DNA from: a virus
IMG/VR virus record: IMGVR_UViG_3300027028_000045
Span: 2,307-66,306 of that record
Reading direction: 5' to 3' (one strand)
Length of the DNA: 64,000 bases
The notes under the pieces: generated by a model
Database searches by the model: none
Told to the model about the DNA's origin: nothing
Seen by the model: only the letters and a program-made list of their open reading frames with translations
Shown: positions 45,750 through 55,939 of the stretch, in pieces
How positions within the stretch are numbered: the first letter of the stretch is position 1
Layout of the letters: every line of letters starts with the position of its first letter
Made by a program: the position numbers and the translations under genes

Positions 45750-46853
45750 ATGTTAAAGAGTTATGATTTTAAGGATCAAGTACGTCAGTTGGACGCAGGA
45801 ATCGAGCTAATTCTTCAAGACGAGCCGACTCTTTTAGGGCTTGTGGGACTAAATGGTGAAGCTCTCTTCCAAACTAAATTCGAGTGGATGTCAGATCGTT
45901 TAAACTCGAACTTAGCAACGATTAAAGAAGTGGGGGCAGACGGTAAGATTACTGTCGCAGAAGATGACGGATCTAAGTTCCGTAAAGACGCTATCGTTGT
46001 TGTCGGGGAGGAATATCTTAAAGTTACCGACGTTTCGGGCGATGTGCTGACAGTTATTCGAGGATTCGACGGCACTACTCAGGAAACGCTAAAAGCTGGT
46101 GCTGAATTGCGAATTGTTTCACGCCCGCAAAATGAAGGGGCAGGCGTAGGTATGGACGAGGGCCACGATCGATACATTGACTACAACTTCACGCAAATCA
46201 TCGAAAGATATGCAGCGGTTTCCAACACCCAACAAGCTGTCAGAACGCACAATGTAACGGATGAACTCAATTACCAAGTGCAATTAAGACTGAAAGAAAT
46301 GGCGCGTGAGTTCAACGACTGGTTGATTTATGGACGTAGAATTGACGGTAAGCCACGTATGACTGGCGGTCTTTTAAACTTTGCGAATCTTAAAGGATCA
46401 GCAAAAGCAAATTTAGAAGGAAAAGAAGTAGAGGCTAAAGATATTAACGCACTGATGGAGCAGGTATATCTCAGAGGTGGCTCTGTAAATACGATTTTAA
46501 CGAATACAGCAGGCGCTCGTCAGATTTCAAAAATGGCGACGGATACTATCCGAACTGAACGTACAGACGCAGCTACAGGCCACAGAATCAGCACATTTGT
46601 TTCAGACATGGTTGGCGGCGGAGTCGCTACGGTCATTGTTGATCCTAACTTCCCGAAAGATAAGATCGCTTTGTTCGACCGAAGCATCCTTTCGCTACAT
46701 CCTTTGACTGGGCGTTCTGTATACGATACGGACGCGAGCGTTCCAGGCGCAGACTTTGTCGCAAGACAGATTCGCGGGGAATACGGCATCAAAGTTAAAA
46801 ACGCTAACGAAAAAATTGCAATTCTTGAAAACATCGCGACGACTGTATCTTAA
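45750..46853 (+). CDS. major capsid protein
   Basis: 367 aa after the scaffold; NFTQI, GEYGIKVKN; followed by a terminator. Confidence 0.88.
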   Translation: MLKSYDFKDQVRQLDAGIELILQDEPTLLGLVGLNGEALFQTKFEWMSDRLNSNLATIKEVGADGKITVAEDDGSKFRKDAIVVVGEEYLKVTDVSGDVLTVIRGFDGTTQETLKAGAELRIVSRPQNEGAGVGMDEGHDRYIDYNFTQIIERYAAVSNTQQAVRTHNVTDELNYQVQLRLKEMAREFNDWLIYGRRIDGKPRMTGGLLNFANLKGSAKANLEGKEVEAKDINALMEQVYLRGGSVNTILTNTAGARQISKMATDTIRTERTDAATGHRISTFVSDMVGGGVATVIVDPNFPKDKIALFDRSILSLHPLTGRSVYDTDASVPGADFVARQIRGEYGIKVKNANEKIAILENIATTVS

Positions 46854-46902
46854 TCGGCGGGCTTAATTGCCCGTCTTTTATTTTTGAAAGGAGGAAATAA
46901 AT

Positions 46903-47187
46903 TTGGCGATAACGGATAGTCAGAAACAACGTTTGAACGAATCTATGCCTATTGCGAATGAATTGAAACTGGGTGACATTATCCAAAACCTTCAATCTTC
47001 TGAAGGCGGGTCATTAGTTATTGAGGATGGCGCAATTAAAAATAGGCATATTGGAGATGGGGCTGTAAACTCTCGAACCATAGGAAAGGGCAGTGTTTTC
47101 CTTGATAATCTTAATACGGAAGTCAAGTCGATTTTAGATGATTATCGAAGTCGTTTGGAGGCGTTAGAGGGAAAGGTGTCTAGCTAA
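46903..47187 (+). CDS. head decoration / fibre-like protein
   Basis: 10-residue repeats IEDGAIKNRH/IGDGAVNSRT/IGKGSVFLDN. Confidence 0.5.
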   Translation: MAITDSQKQRLNESMPIANELKLGDIIQNLQSSEGGSLVIEDGAIKNRHIGDGAVNSRTIGKGSVFLDNLNTEVKSILDDYRSRLEALEGKVSS

Positions 47188-47396
47188 TGGCACTTTATAA
47201 AGCGGCACCTTTTTATATGATTGGAAGTTCCCAAAAGATTGTTTTTGATCACAATGGGACATATGAGACGGACGACTCCGACGAGATAAAGTTGTTAGAT
47301 GGATTGTGTCCGAAGTGGGTTACTTGTATAAAACCGGAGGATAAACCGAAGCCGGCGCCAGCTAAAAAGCCCGCCAAGAAATCCTCCGCAAAATAA
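47187..47396 (+). CDS. small virion-associated protein
   Basis: Coupled ORF with a Lys/Pro-rich tail. Confidence 0.55.
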   Translation: MALYKAAPFYMIGSSQKIVFDHNGTYETDDSDEIKLLDGLCPKWVTCIKPEDKPKPAPAKKPAKKSSAK

Positions 47397-47411
47397 CAGG
47401 AGGTGGGGCGA

Positions 47412-47798
47412 ATGGCGGCTACGGTCGAAGGTGCAAACGAATACATCAATACGTTTTTAGTAGATACCGAGGATTGGATCGACGCAGATGAAGCGAAGAA
47501 GAACCGGCTAATAAACCGAGCTTCTTCGAATTTGACGAGGGTCTTTCCTACGTACGTTATACCCGACAAAGCGGTTTATGAGTTTGTTAACGTACTAGCT
47601 ATCGCGTACAACGATACGAACCGACTGAACAAGCACGGTATTTCTTCGTACTCAATCACGGGCGTCGCTGCGTTTAACTACAAAGACACACTTCGTAGCG
47701 AAGACGAGGACCTTATTCCACGCGAATCAATCAGCGCTATCGAAGACGCAAACGGCGTTCAAATCGGAGGCAAACGCATCAGAAGGACGGTGCTGTAA
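47412..47798 (+). CDS. head-tail connector / adaptor
   Basis: Position; A..YINT...W..ADE.KK..L..AS helical pattern. Confidence 0.65.
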   Translation: MAATVEGANEYINTFLVDTEDWIDADEAKKNRLINRASSNLTRVFPTYVIPDKAVYEFVNVLAIAYNDTNRLNKHGISSYSITGVAAFNYKDTLRSEDEDLIPRESISAIEDANGVQIGGKRIRRTVL

Positions 47799-48137
47799 AT
47801 GGCGATTTTTCCAATGCGCCAAACTATTACGGTGAAGCGACTATCTGCTGAGCGAGACGTTTGGGGAAACCCGATAAACGAAGCCGAAGAGTTTACACTA
47901 AAGTGCCGTATCGATGAAGGTTCTACCACGGTTAAGTCACGCAACAACGGCGTCACTAAGTCCGAAGAAACAGTCGCATCGGCTCGTATTCTACTAGAAC
48001 GCCTGGCGGACATACGCTATACCGATATTATTTCTTACACGAATGAGCTCGGAGAAACGATGGAAAAGAGACCGAAGGAAATCAACGTTAAGAGACATAT
48101 CGGTGGTAAAGCGATTCTCACGGAGGTGCTTCTATGA
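47799..48137 (+). CDS. head closure / stopper protein
   Basis: RDVWGNP, CRIDE beta-rich pattern. Confidence 0.65.
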   Translation: MAIFPMRQTITVKRLSAERDVWGNPINEAEEFTLKCRIDEGSTTVKSRNNGVTKSEETVASARILLERLADIRYTDIISYTNELGETMEKRPKEINVKRHIGGKAILTEVLL

Positions 48138-48544
48138 GTTTTACGTTCGATGCGAGTAACTTTATTAGCGGAATCAGCGCCGCCAGTCGAGGCGCCCTCG
48201 AAGGCGCAGCACAAGCGCTTGGTGATTCGGGTGACGACCTCGCTAGGGTTGCGCAGAACATCGCGCCGATTGACAAAGGGACGCTTCGAAGCAGCGTTAA
48301 GAAAAAGTTTAAATTGACGGCGGGGAAAGCGTCGGTTGACGTCTCATTCAGAGCGGTCGAGGACGGCTTTAACTACGCAGTTTGGACGCACGAAATGGAC
48401 TACAAACTTGGATCTACGTCGGCGGGTGCTGGTGGGATTGACGGCTACGAGGTCGGTAACAAATACCTCGAAAGACCGTTACGCGGCAACGCGGATAAGT
48501 ACGTTCGTTGGATTGCGGATGGCGCCCGAGGAGGACTGACTTAA
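48134..48544 (+). CDS. HK97 gp10-like tail completion protein
   Basis: APIDKGTLRSS, YAVWTHE, KYLERPL. Confidence 0.8.
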   Translation: MSFTFDASNFISGISAASRGALEGAAQALGDSGDDLARVAQNIAPIDKGTLRSSVKKKFKLTAGKASVDVSFRAVEDGFNYAVWTHEMDYKLGSTSAGAGGIDGYEVGNKYLERPLRGNADKYVRWIADGARGGLT

Positions 48545-48918
48545 TGCGTATAGTCGAATTAATTAACTTCATAAAGGCGCGAGTCGACGGTGATTATTAC
48601 GCAAATAAATTCTCAATAGACGGTGAGGGAGCGGAAATATCGGTCAAGTTAACGGGAGGCTTCCCGACGTCTAAGTACACCGGACTAAAGCGGCCGTCTT
48701 TCCAAATACTCGTTCGTGGCGAATCAAGGGACGGTGCGGGGGCGGAAGACAAAGCGTTCGAACTATACGATGCGCTTACGAATTTGTCCGAAGTTCAGGT
48801 CGGCGAAAGCTCGATCGTACAGATGCGCTGTAATAACTCGGCGCCATTGTATTTAGGAGACGACGAATCCGATCGTCCAATATATTCATTAAATTTCGAT
48901 TGCGTAGAGCGTCCTTAG
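48544..48918 (+). CDS. tail terminator / minor capsid protein
   Basis: RPSFQILVRG, LGDDESDRPIYSLNF. Confidence 0.75.
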   Translation: MRIVELINFIKARVDGDYYANKFSIDGEGAEISVKLTGGFPTSKYTGLKRPSFQILVRGESRDGAGAEDKAFELYDALTNLSEVQVGESSIVQMRCNNSAPLYLGDDESDRPIYSLNFDCVERP

Positions 48919-48960
48919 GGGCGCTTTTTATTTTGCGCAAATATAAAAGGAGGAAAACGA

Positions 48961-49503
48961 ATGGCAGCAGGCATTAGAGGAATTAACGTTCCTATCGGTC
49001 CGGCAATCGTCGAGTTTGGCGAAGGTTCCGAACTAGTTACGTTTGATATCACGAAAGGCGGTATCGTCTTTAAGGCGGAAACGTCGATTCAAGATACGAC
49101 GGTTGACCAATACGGAGACACGCCAGTCAAGTCAACGATGAAAGGCCGTAACGCGGAAGTAACGGTCCCATTCGCGCTTCATGACTTAGAACGGTTATCC
49201 GCAGCAATGCCGAATAGCCGACTAGTTAAGGATAGCACGGACCCGGCGAAGATGAAATTAGTCGTTTCCGGTAAAGCAGGCTTCGATATGTTAGCGGCGG
49301 CCAAAAAGCTCGTTATCAAACCGACGGCTACGGGTACGACACCTAACGACTACATCACAATTCCACTTGCGGGAGCTATGTCAGATCCGGAGTACACGTA
49401 CAATTCAGACGATGAGCGTATCGCAAATCTGACGTTCAAAGCGTATCCGGACACGGACAACGACGGCGACCTATTCATCATGGGCGACGAATCAGCGGAA
49501 TAA
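48961..49503 (+). CDS. major tail tube protein
   Basis: IGPAIVEFG, TKGGI; flanked by terminators. Confidence 0.8.
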   Translation: MAAGIRGINVPIGPAIVEFGEGSELVTFDITKGGIVFKAETSIQDTTVDQYGDTPVKSTMKGRNAEVTVPFALHDLERLSAAMPNSRLVKDSTDPAKMKLVVSGKAGFDMLAAAKKLVIKPTATGTTPNDYITIPLAGAMSDPEYTYNSDDERIANLTFKAYPDTDNDGDLFIMGDESAE

Positions 49504-49560
49504 CAACGGAAGGCATCGCTTAGCGGCGGTGTCTTTTTAATTTAGAAAGGAGGTTACGCA

Positions 49561-49941
49561 ATGAGCTTATTTGGTATCGGAACGAAGAAGGTATCAAGCG
49601 AACTTACACTCGGCGACAAAACGGTTCAAGTACCGAAGCTAACGCCGGTCAAATGGAAGGAACTATTCGAGGTGGTCGATCGTTTGCCGCATTTATTCTT
49701 TACGGTTCTAAGCACAAACGGTCAAGACGATTTTGCAGCGACTTTAGTTGCGGCTATTAATCTAGCGATGGATGAAGTCGTAAAGGTTGTCGCTGTCCTT
49801 TCCGGACTAGACAAAGACTATGTGCAGGAAAACGTCGGCACTGACGAGATTGTCGAGTTTTTAATCGCGGTCGTTGAAAAGAACCGTCTGCAATCAGTAG
49901 CAAAAAACCTACGAAGCCTTCTTCCGAAAACAGCGAAGTAG
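49561..49941 (+). CDS. tail assembly chaperone (gpG-like)
   Basis: Between tube and tape measure; ends near a slippery A AAA AAC. Confidence 0.8.
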   Translation: MSLFGIGTKKVSSELTLGDKTVQVPKLTPVKWKELFEVVDRLPHLFFTVLSTNGQDDFAATLVAAINLAMDEVVKVVAVLSGLDKDYVQENVGTDEIVEFLIAVVEKNRLQSVAKNLRSLLPKTAK

Positions 49942-50255
49942 CACAAACGGATGAAGGCGAGTACACAATCGATGACTACTTAATAGATGCGGCGGTTTTG
50001 CTGGGCGTCACACAACGGCAAATCGAAGATGATTACTACATGGTCGACATTCCGAAAATCTTACGCGCCAAAACGAAGGCTAATGCGATCGATCGTCTCT
50101 CGATGATTTCGCTACTTGTCGGGTCTGAAGGGCGTGCCATGGATGACCGCGAGTATCAACGTCTTGTAAAAGACTTACGTAAACAAGCCGGCTATGTTGA
50201 CCGCGAAGAATTTGACCGTGAAAAGTTCGAGCAATTGCGGAACTTCTTTAAATAA
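49902..50255 (+). CDS. -1 frameshift extension of the tail chaperone (gpGT-like)
   Basis: -1 frame is open from the heptamer at 49902-49908 into track ORF 49998-50255. Confidence 0.75.
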   Translation, partial: KKPTKPSSENSEVAQTDEGEYTIDDYLIDAAVLLGVTQRQIEDDYYMVDIPKILRAKTKANAIDRLSMISLLVGSEGRAMDDREYQRLVKDLRKQAGYVDREEFDREKFEQLRNFFK

Positions 50256-50276
50256 CGGAGGAAAGGAGGAAAACAA

Positions 50277-53081
50277 ATGGCAGGTGTATCAGTAGGCGAA
50301 ATCACTGCGACGCTGACACTACAATCGAACCAATTCACGGCGGGTGTAGCGCAGGCGCAGGCGCAGATGCAGCAGATGGGCAATACGGCTAATTCGTTAA
50401 GCTCGCAAATGGGCCTCGTACAAAAAGCGGCCTTAGCGGTCGGCGGCGCAGTCGTGGTCGGCATCGGGGCATCTGCGAAAGCTGCGGCAAACTTCGAACA
50501 ACAAATGAGCGCTGTCAAAGCGGTATCGGGCGCCACGGCCGGCGAGATGAAGACGTTGACTGACCTCGCAATCAAGCTAGGCGAATCGACGTCATTTAGC
50601 GCGACCGAAACGGCGCAGGCGACCGAGGAACTAGTAAAGGCCGGCGTAACGACGAAGGACATCATAAACGGAGGCTTAGCGGGCGCGCTCGACTTAGCGG
50701 CGGCAGGCAACTTAAACCTTGCGGATGCGGCCGAGATTGCCAGTACGGCACTAAATGCGTTCAAGGCCGACAGCTTATCGGTGTCTAAAGCGGCCGACAT
50801 TCTCGCGGGCGCAGCCAACGCTTCGGCGACGGACGTAGGCGAAATGAAGTTCGGTCTAGCCCAAGTATCTGCGGTCGCGTCCGGAATCGGAATGTCGTTT
50901 AAAGACACGGCGACGGCGCTTGCGGTATTTGCACAGAACGGAATCAAGGGCTCAGACGCCGGTACGTCGCTTAAAACGATGCTATCGCGATTAGAACCAC
51001 AGACGAAGCAGCAACGCGAAGAAATGATGGAACTCGGGATTATAACGTCAGACGGAACGAATAAGTTCTTCGACCAAGCAGGATCGCTCAAAGACTTGGC
51101 GACTATTTCCGGCATTCTTCAGAACGCATTCAAAGGCCTAACGGATCAGCAGCGGCAATCTTCGCTACAGACGTTATTCGGTTCGGATGCGGTGCGAGCT
51201 GGTACCGTCTTTTATAAAGAAGGCGCAAAAGGCGTTGAGGATATGGCGGCGGCCATGTCGAAAGTAACTGCGGCTGAAGTATCTAAAGTAAAGCTCGACA
51301 ACTTCCTCGGATCAGTCGAAGAACTTAGCGGCGCAGTCGAAACGCTCGGCATTAAGCTTGGAAACGAGTTTTTACCGCACCTACGTAAAATAGTCGATAT
51401 TGGAGCCGACTTAGTACGGGCATTCAGTTCGATAAATCCGAGCGTAGTAGCAACCGGCCTCGCAATGGCCGGTACTTCAGCGGCTATCGCTTTAACGGCT
51501 TCGTCCGCGATCAAACTCGGCTTCGCGTTGCGTGGATTATTCGCGGCGATGGGTCCGGCCGGTTGGGTCATAACGGGCCTTTCGATACTTGGCGGCTTAA
51601 TGGTCGGCGTTTCTGCGGGCTACAAAGCGATGAATACCGTCAGTCTCGAAGCAGCAAACGCGAAACAAAAGGAAGTCGACGGCATCAATAAGACGATCAA
51701 AGAGTACGACGGCTTGCAGTCGAAGATGAAGCTTACCAACGACGAGCTACTACGCTACTTAGACAACAAGGACGCGCTGGCTAACGAAAAAGATTCGGCC
51801 GCGATTAAAAAGCTAAACGCTGAACAAGACGGTCTCCGCAAAAGCTCGGGTCTTACGAATGAGGAGTTCGACCGGTTCTTACAACTGAACGATCAGATCA
51901 TCAAGAAGTCTCCGGAAACAGAGGCGGCTTTCTCGGCGCAAGGTAATGCGATCGCTAAGAATACCGAGGCGATGAAACGATTGAGTGCGGAGAAAGCGGA
52001 AGAATTGCGCTTGGAACTCGAAAAGCAAAAGACGCTCGCAGAACGAAATATGGACGGTCAGCTACAGAAAGAAAAGCAGCTTAAACAAGAGATAAACGGC
52101 ATCACGGAACAGCGGGCAGACAAAGAGCAGGCGGTTGCAAATCAACTAGCTGTCGTAGAAAGTATCGAACAGAAAATTGCGCAAGCAAAACAGAACGGCG
52201 ATAAAGCAACGGCAAATATGCTCGAAGTAAATCTCGCGCAAGAGAAGCGCATTTTGGAAGCAAAGCAAACCGAATTAGTGAAGAGTACGGAGTCTTTACA
52301 GAAAAAACGCGCCAGCCTAGCGGAGACACAAAAGGAACTTTCGAAACTCGATCAAGTAAATCAAAAAATGATCCAACTAGAGCTTCGACAAGTCGGGCTT
52401 ACTGCGAAAAAGGGGCAAGGCGTCGCAGTCTTAGATAGAGAGATAAGTAAACTTCGAGATGCTCGTGCAAACCTAATCAACAATACGACTGAAGCGGATA
52501 AGAAGACGGCTGAGTATCGAGAATCATTGGCCGCAATTGAAAGCGAGCTATCGCAGTTAGAGCGGACTAAGAACAAGGTTATCGAAATCACCGGCCAAGC
52601 CTCGAACATGAATGCGGAGCTAAGCAAGGATCTTAGTAAGCGTATTACGATAATCACTAACGATGTCACACGTAAAACAGAACGAGCTGTCAGCCGTGGC
52701 CGAGGAAACGAAGGAACGTACCACGTCGGAGGCATCGTCGGTAAGCCGGCCGGCAAGCTACATTCAGGTGGCATGGCATCGAAGATTATTGATCGTCCGA
52801 TGAGTCACGAAGTTGATATCCGCGCGCTACGAAATGAAATGGTCTTGACGGAAGCGCAGCAGGCGAATTTATTCCGGATGCTAGACGCTGGACATACGGC
52901 TCGGGTTGCGTCAGCAGGCGGCAACAGTCCGCAAATACAGGCGCACCTATCCAGCCTCGCAACTGCTATCGAGTCTCTTAAAGGGCTTTCGGTGGTTATG
53001 GAGGGCGAAGTGGTCGGGCGTATTGTCGAACCGCACGTAAGTAGACGGCAGATGGACGAAATAGATCGAAGCAGTTATTAG
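50277..53081 (+). CDS. tape measure protein (TP901-type)
   Basis: ANFEQQMSAVKAVSGAT, NGIKGSDAGTSLKTML, LFGSDA; Ala-rich plus coiled coil. Confidence 0.95.
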   Translation: MAGVSVGEITATLTLQSNQFTAGVAQAQAQMQQMGNTANSLSSQMGLVQKAALAVGGAVVVGIGASAKAAANFEQQMSAVKAVSGATAGEMKTLTDLAIKLGESTSFSATETAQATEELVKAGVTTKDIINGGLAGALDLAAAGNLNLADAAEIASTALNAFKADSLSVSKAADILAGAANASATDVGEMKFGLAQVSAVASGIGMSFKDTATALAVFAQNGIKGSDAGTSLKTMLSRLEPQTKQQREEMMELGIITSDGTNKFFDQAGSLKDLATISGILQNAFKGLTDQQRQSSLQTLFGSDAVRAGTVFYKEGAKGVEDMAAAMSKVTAAEVSKVKLDNFLGSVEELSGAVETLGIKLGNEFLPHLRKIVDIGADLVRAFSSINPSVVATGLAMAGTSAAIALTASSAIKLGFALRGLFAAMGPAGWVITGLSILGGLMVGVSAGYKAMNTVSLEAANAKQKEVDGINKTIKEYDGLQSKMKLTNDELLRYLDNKDALANEKDSAAIKKLNAEQDGLRKSSGLTNEEFDRFLQLNDQIIKKSPETEAAFSAQGNAIAKNTEAMKRLSAEKAEELRLELEKQKTLAERNMDGQLQKEKQLKQEINGITEQRADKEQAVANQLAVVESIEQKIAQAKQNGDKATANMLEVNLAQEKRILEAKQTELVKSTESLQKKRASLAETQKELSKLDQVNQKMIQLELRQVGLTAKKGQGVAVLDREISKLRDARANLINNTTEADKKTAEYRESLAAIESELSQLERTKNKVIEITGQASNMNAELSKDLSKRITIITNDVTRKTERAVSRGRGNEGTYHVGGIVGKPAGKLHSGGMASKIIDRPMSHEVDIRALRNEMVLTEAQQANLFRMLDAGHTARVASAGGNSPQIQAHLSSLATAIESLKGLSVVMEGEVVGRIVEPHVSRRQMDEIDRSSY

Positions 53082-53096
53082 GGAGGAGGTGAGCGG

Positions 53097-54524
53097 TTGA
53101 GCAACGCTAGTTTCATCAAAGCGATAGCGCCGGACGCGCAGAAAATATACCGGAATTACAACATACTCGCGTCGCTTGTCATTGCGCAGGGCTGCCTAGA
53201 ATCCGGCTACGGAAATTCGGGATTGGCCACGAAAGGTAAGAACTTGTTTGGCGTAAAAGGTTCGTACAAAGGCGCTTCTATTCGTATGTTGACGTGGGAA
53301 GTGTACAACGGAAGAAACGTCCAGGTATACGCCGACTTCCGTAAATACCCGTCTTGGTACGAGTCGATGCAAGACCTCGCGAAGTTGTATATCAACGGAA
53401 CGAGCTGGAACCCGAATCACTACAAAGCTGTCGTCGGTCAAACGAATTACCGGAAAGCAACGAAGGCTCTCGTTAGTGCCGGATATGCAACGGACCCAGC
53501 GTACGCGACGAAATTGAACAACATTATCGCGACGCATAACCTAACGAAGTACGACACGAAGAAGACGACAGACACAAGCACCGACGTAGATAAGCCAGCG
53601 AAGCCAAAACCGGAACCATCCGTTGTTGATATAGACGAAAACTTTAATGAAGATGTATTCTCGCCGGATATTGTTTTCGGACGATCTTCAGCGATTCCAC
53701 GTTCGGATGCAAACTTCCGTATTCAATACCGCAATGGAACTATTATCGACATGGCACGAGACCTATCTGTTTTAGTACGTAGTCTAGTCGTATCGGCGCC
53801 GTCTCCGAATATCACCTACGAAAACATACCGGGGAAAAACGGTTCTTATCGTACAGGTAAGGATTTCGGTAATCGCCGAATCACGGCCGAGTGCACGATG
53901 TATGCTGAAGACGCCGCCGACTTCTACTTGTTACGCGACGAAATATATAACGCTCTTTATCAGGAATCCGAGTTTTATCTAGTCGCGGAGGGCAATCCGA
54001 AGAAACGTTGGCGAGTCGAATTGAGCGATTCTTTTGATCCGGAGAGAAGCGGAAGCGTGGCCGATTTTACACTAACGTTCGAAAGCGCATCTCCTTACTG
54101 CGAATCGGTCGGTACGACGCAGGACCCGTTTACTTTTGACGCGAGTCTTTGGCAGTTCGGCGAAAACCTAGAGGACACTATTCCGGTCTATAAACATAAG
54201 ACAAAGAGCTTCCGTATTTACAATGCGGGGGCTATTCGTATTGATCCGTTGGAATTGCCTTTCGTCATTTCGTATAAAGGCGCCTCATCTAAGTTAAAGA
54301 TCACGAACAAAACGACCGGCGATGCTTGGCAATATACGGGCGATACGACGTCGAAAGAGACGGTTATTTTGGACGGGGTCAAGGCGCGTAAAGATGGCGT
54401 AAGTATTTTCGGAGATACCAACCGGCAGACAATCCGACTAGAGCCGGGGTGGAACGAATTTGTGTTGTCGGGAACGAGCGGATCGTTCGAAATCAAATTC
54501 GATTTTCGGTTCTATTATTTCTAG
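53097..54524 (+). CDS. distal tail (Dit-like) protein with N-terminal GH73 glucosaminidase/muramidase
   Basis: Residues about 1-150: AQGCLESG, NLFGVKG, YATDPAY; C-terminal Sipho_tail pattern (FTLTFE...PYCES, LEPGWNEF). Confidence 0.8.
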   Translation: MSNASFIKAIAPDAQKIYRNYNILASLVIAQGCLESGYGNSGLATKGKNLFGVKGSYKGASIRMLTWEVYNGRNVQVYADFRKYPSWYESMQDLAKLYINGTSWNPNHYKAVVGQTNYRKATKALVSAGYATDPAYATKLNNIIATHNLTKYDTKKTTDTSTDVDKPAKPKPEPSVVDIDENFNEDVFSPDIVFGRSSAIPRSDANFRIQYRNGTIIDMARDLSVLVRSLVVSAPSPNITYENIPGKNGSYRTGKDFGNRRITAECTMYAEDAADFYLLRDEIYNALYQESEFYLVAEGNPKKRWRVELSDSFDPERSGSVADFTLTFESASPYCESVGTTQDPFTFDASLWQFGENLEDTIPVYKHKTKSFRIYNAGAIRIDPLELPFVISYKGASSKLKITNKTTGDAWQYTGDTTSKETVILDGVKARKDGVSIFGDTNRQTIRLEPGWNEFVLSGTSGSFEIKFDFRFYYF

Positions 54525-54535
54525 GAGGTGGCGCG

Positions 54536-55927
54536 ATGGAGCTACTTATAAAAACGGTAAGAGGCGAAGTCGAGGCGCTTACTGACTACGACTGTACGGT
54601 AAGAGAAACGGCGGAGAATGAAAAGTCGCTTGATGTGTCGGTTTTGAGTACGAGAAACAACGAGCACTCATTCGGGTTGATCGAGAACGAAAACATCTTC
54701 GTTTGCGACGGAGAGGAATACGTCATCAAGAAGACGCGTCCAGCCACGGTTAATGAAACGATAAAGATCGAAGCATCAGGCGTCTATAAGCCGTTAATTG
54801 ACCTCGCCGACAATTACGTTTATATCAAATCCGGTAAGAAAAAGAAGATGACCATTGACGATATGGTTGCGATCGCACTAGACAGGTCAGGGTACACATA
54901 CGACATATCACCGGAAGGCTTAGACGCCACGTTCGAACTAGAAGATTTCGGCGACGGTTTCTCTAACGATTTATTGCGGGATATCCTCGACAAATACAAA
55001 GCGGAATATACCATCGAGGGAAAAAAGGTAGTCATTGCGAAGGAATTGGCGCGTGACACCGACTATCAGATTCGGTATAAATTCAATTCCCGCGATGAAT
55101 CCGTTGAGCTCGATACGAGTTCGTTAAAGACGTACATCCGCGGCTATGGAAAACAGAACGACAAGACGAAGGCGTACGCGGTCGAGCTTGAGTACACGAG
55201 CCCGTTAGCGGAAATCTACGGAATCAAGCACGCCGCACCTATACGCGACGATGCTTACACAGATAAAAACGCAGATGAACTAGAGCTTCGACTGCAAGAA
55301 GAACTAACGGATACGATCGAGCTATCTTTGACGCTGACGTATACGGAGCTTCGACATTTCGGCGTCCAAGACATCCGCAAAGGCGACTACGTTTGGTGCA
55401 TGATAGATCCGTTTGGAATCAATAAGCGAATTAAGGTTGTCGGTGTTGAGCGTTATTCTGATCCGAATAAGTCGCCAGTTTACACATTCGGAAAGCTGAA
55501 ACGCGATATTAAGACGGACATGAAAAACTTTCGGAAGACTGAGAAGCGCGTATCCAAGTTGTTCGATGCGTCCGGAAAAGTAAAAGGGCCATCGGTAGGT
55601 TCCGGTATACGTATCGGAAGCGACGCAAACTTTGACGACGGATATGACCCGACAACTATACCGAAGTATGGACCAGCGACGGCGGTTTCCGATGGATTGC
55701 TGACATCAAACGATTATCAGAAGATACAGAGCATCGTAGTAGGACCGGACGGGAAGCCACAAGTAGATATGGCTAGTTCATCAAAGGCCGGATTAATGTC
55801 GTCGACTGATTATATAAAAGTTTCGAAAATAAACGTCAGTTCTTCCGGAGCAAACGTGGACCTTAATAAACTTGTATCGGACCTGACGGCGCTGACTGCG
55901 AGAGTAGCCGCGCTAGAATCTAAATAA
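54536..55927 (+). CDS. tail-associated baseplate hub (Tal / prophage tail endopeptidase-like)
   Basis: IRYKFN, TYIRGYG, EYTSPLAEIYGIKHA.PI.DD. Confidence 0.8.
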   Translation: MELLIKTVRGEVEALTDYDCTVRETAENEKSLDVSVLSTRNNEHSFGLIENENIFVCDGEEYVIKKTRPATVNETIKIEASGVYKPLIDLADNYVYIKSGKKKKMTIDDMVAIALDRSGYTYDISPEGLDATFELEDFGDGFSNDLLRDILDKYKAEYTIEGKKVVIAKELARDTDYQIRYKFNSRDESVELDTSSLKTYIRGYGKQNDKTKAYAVELEYTSPLAEIYGIKHAAPIRDDAYTDKNADELELRLQEELTDTIELSLTLTYTELRHFGVQDIRKGDYVWCMIDPFGINKRIKVVGVERYSDPNKSPVYTFGKLKRDIKTDMKNFRKTEKRVSKLFDASGKVKGPSVGSGIRIGSDANFDDGYDPTTIPKYGPATAVSDGLLTSNDYQKIQSIVVGPDGKPQVDMASSSKAGLMSSTDYIKVSKINVSSSGANVDLNKLVSDLTALTARVAALESK

Positions 55928-55939
55928 AGGAGGCACTAA

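Noticed and set aside
50192-52774. Long reverse-strand ORFs opposite the tape measure and other structural genes
   Set aside because: Shadow ORFs from codon bias of Ala-rich sense genes; no RBS or recognisable motifs
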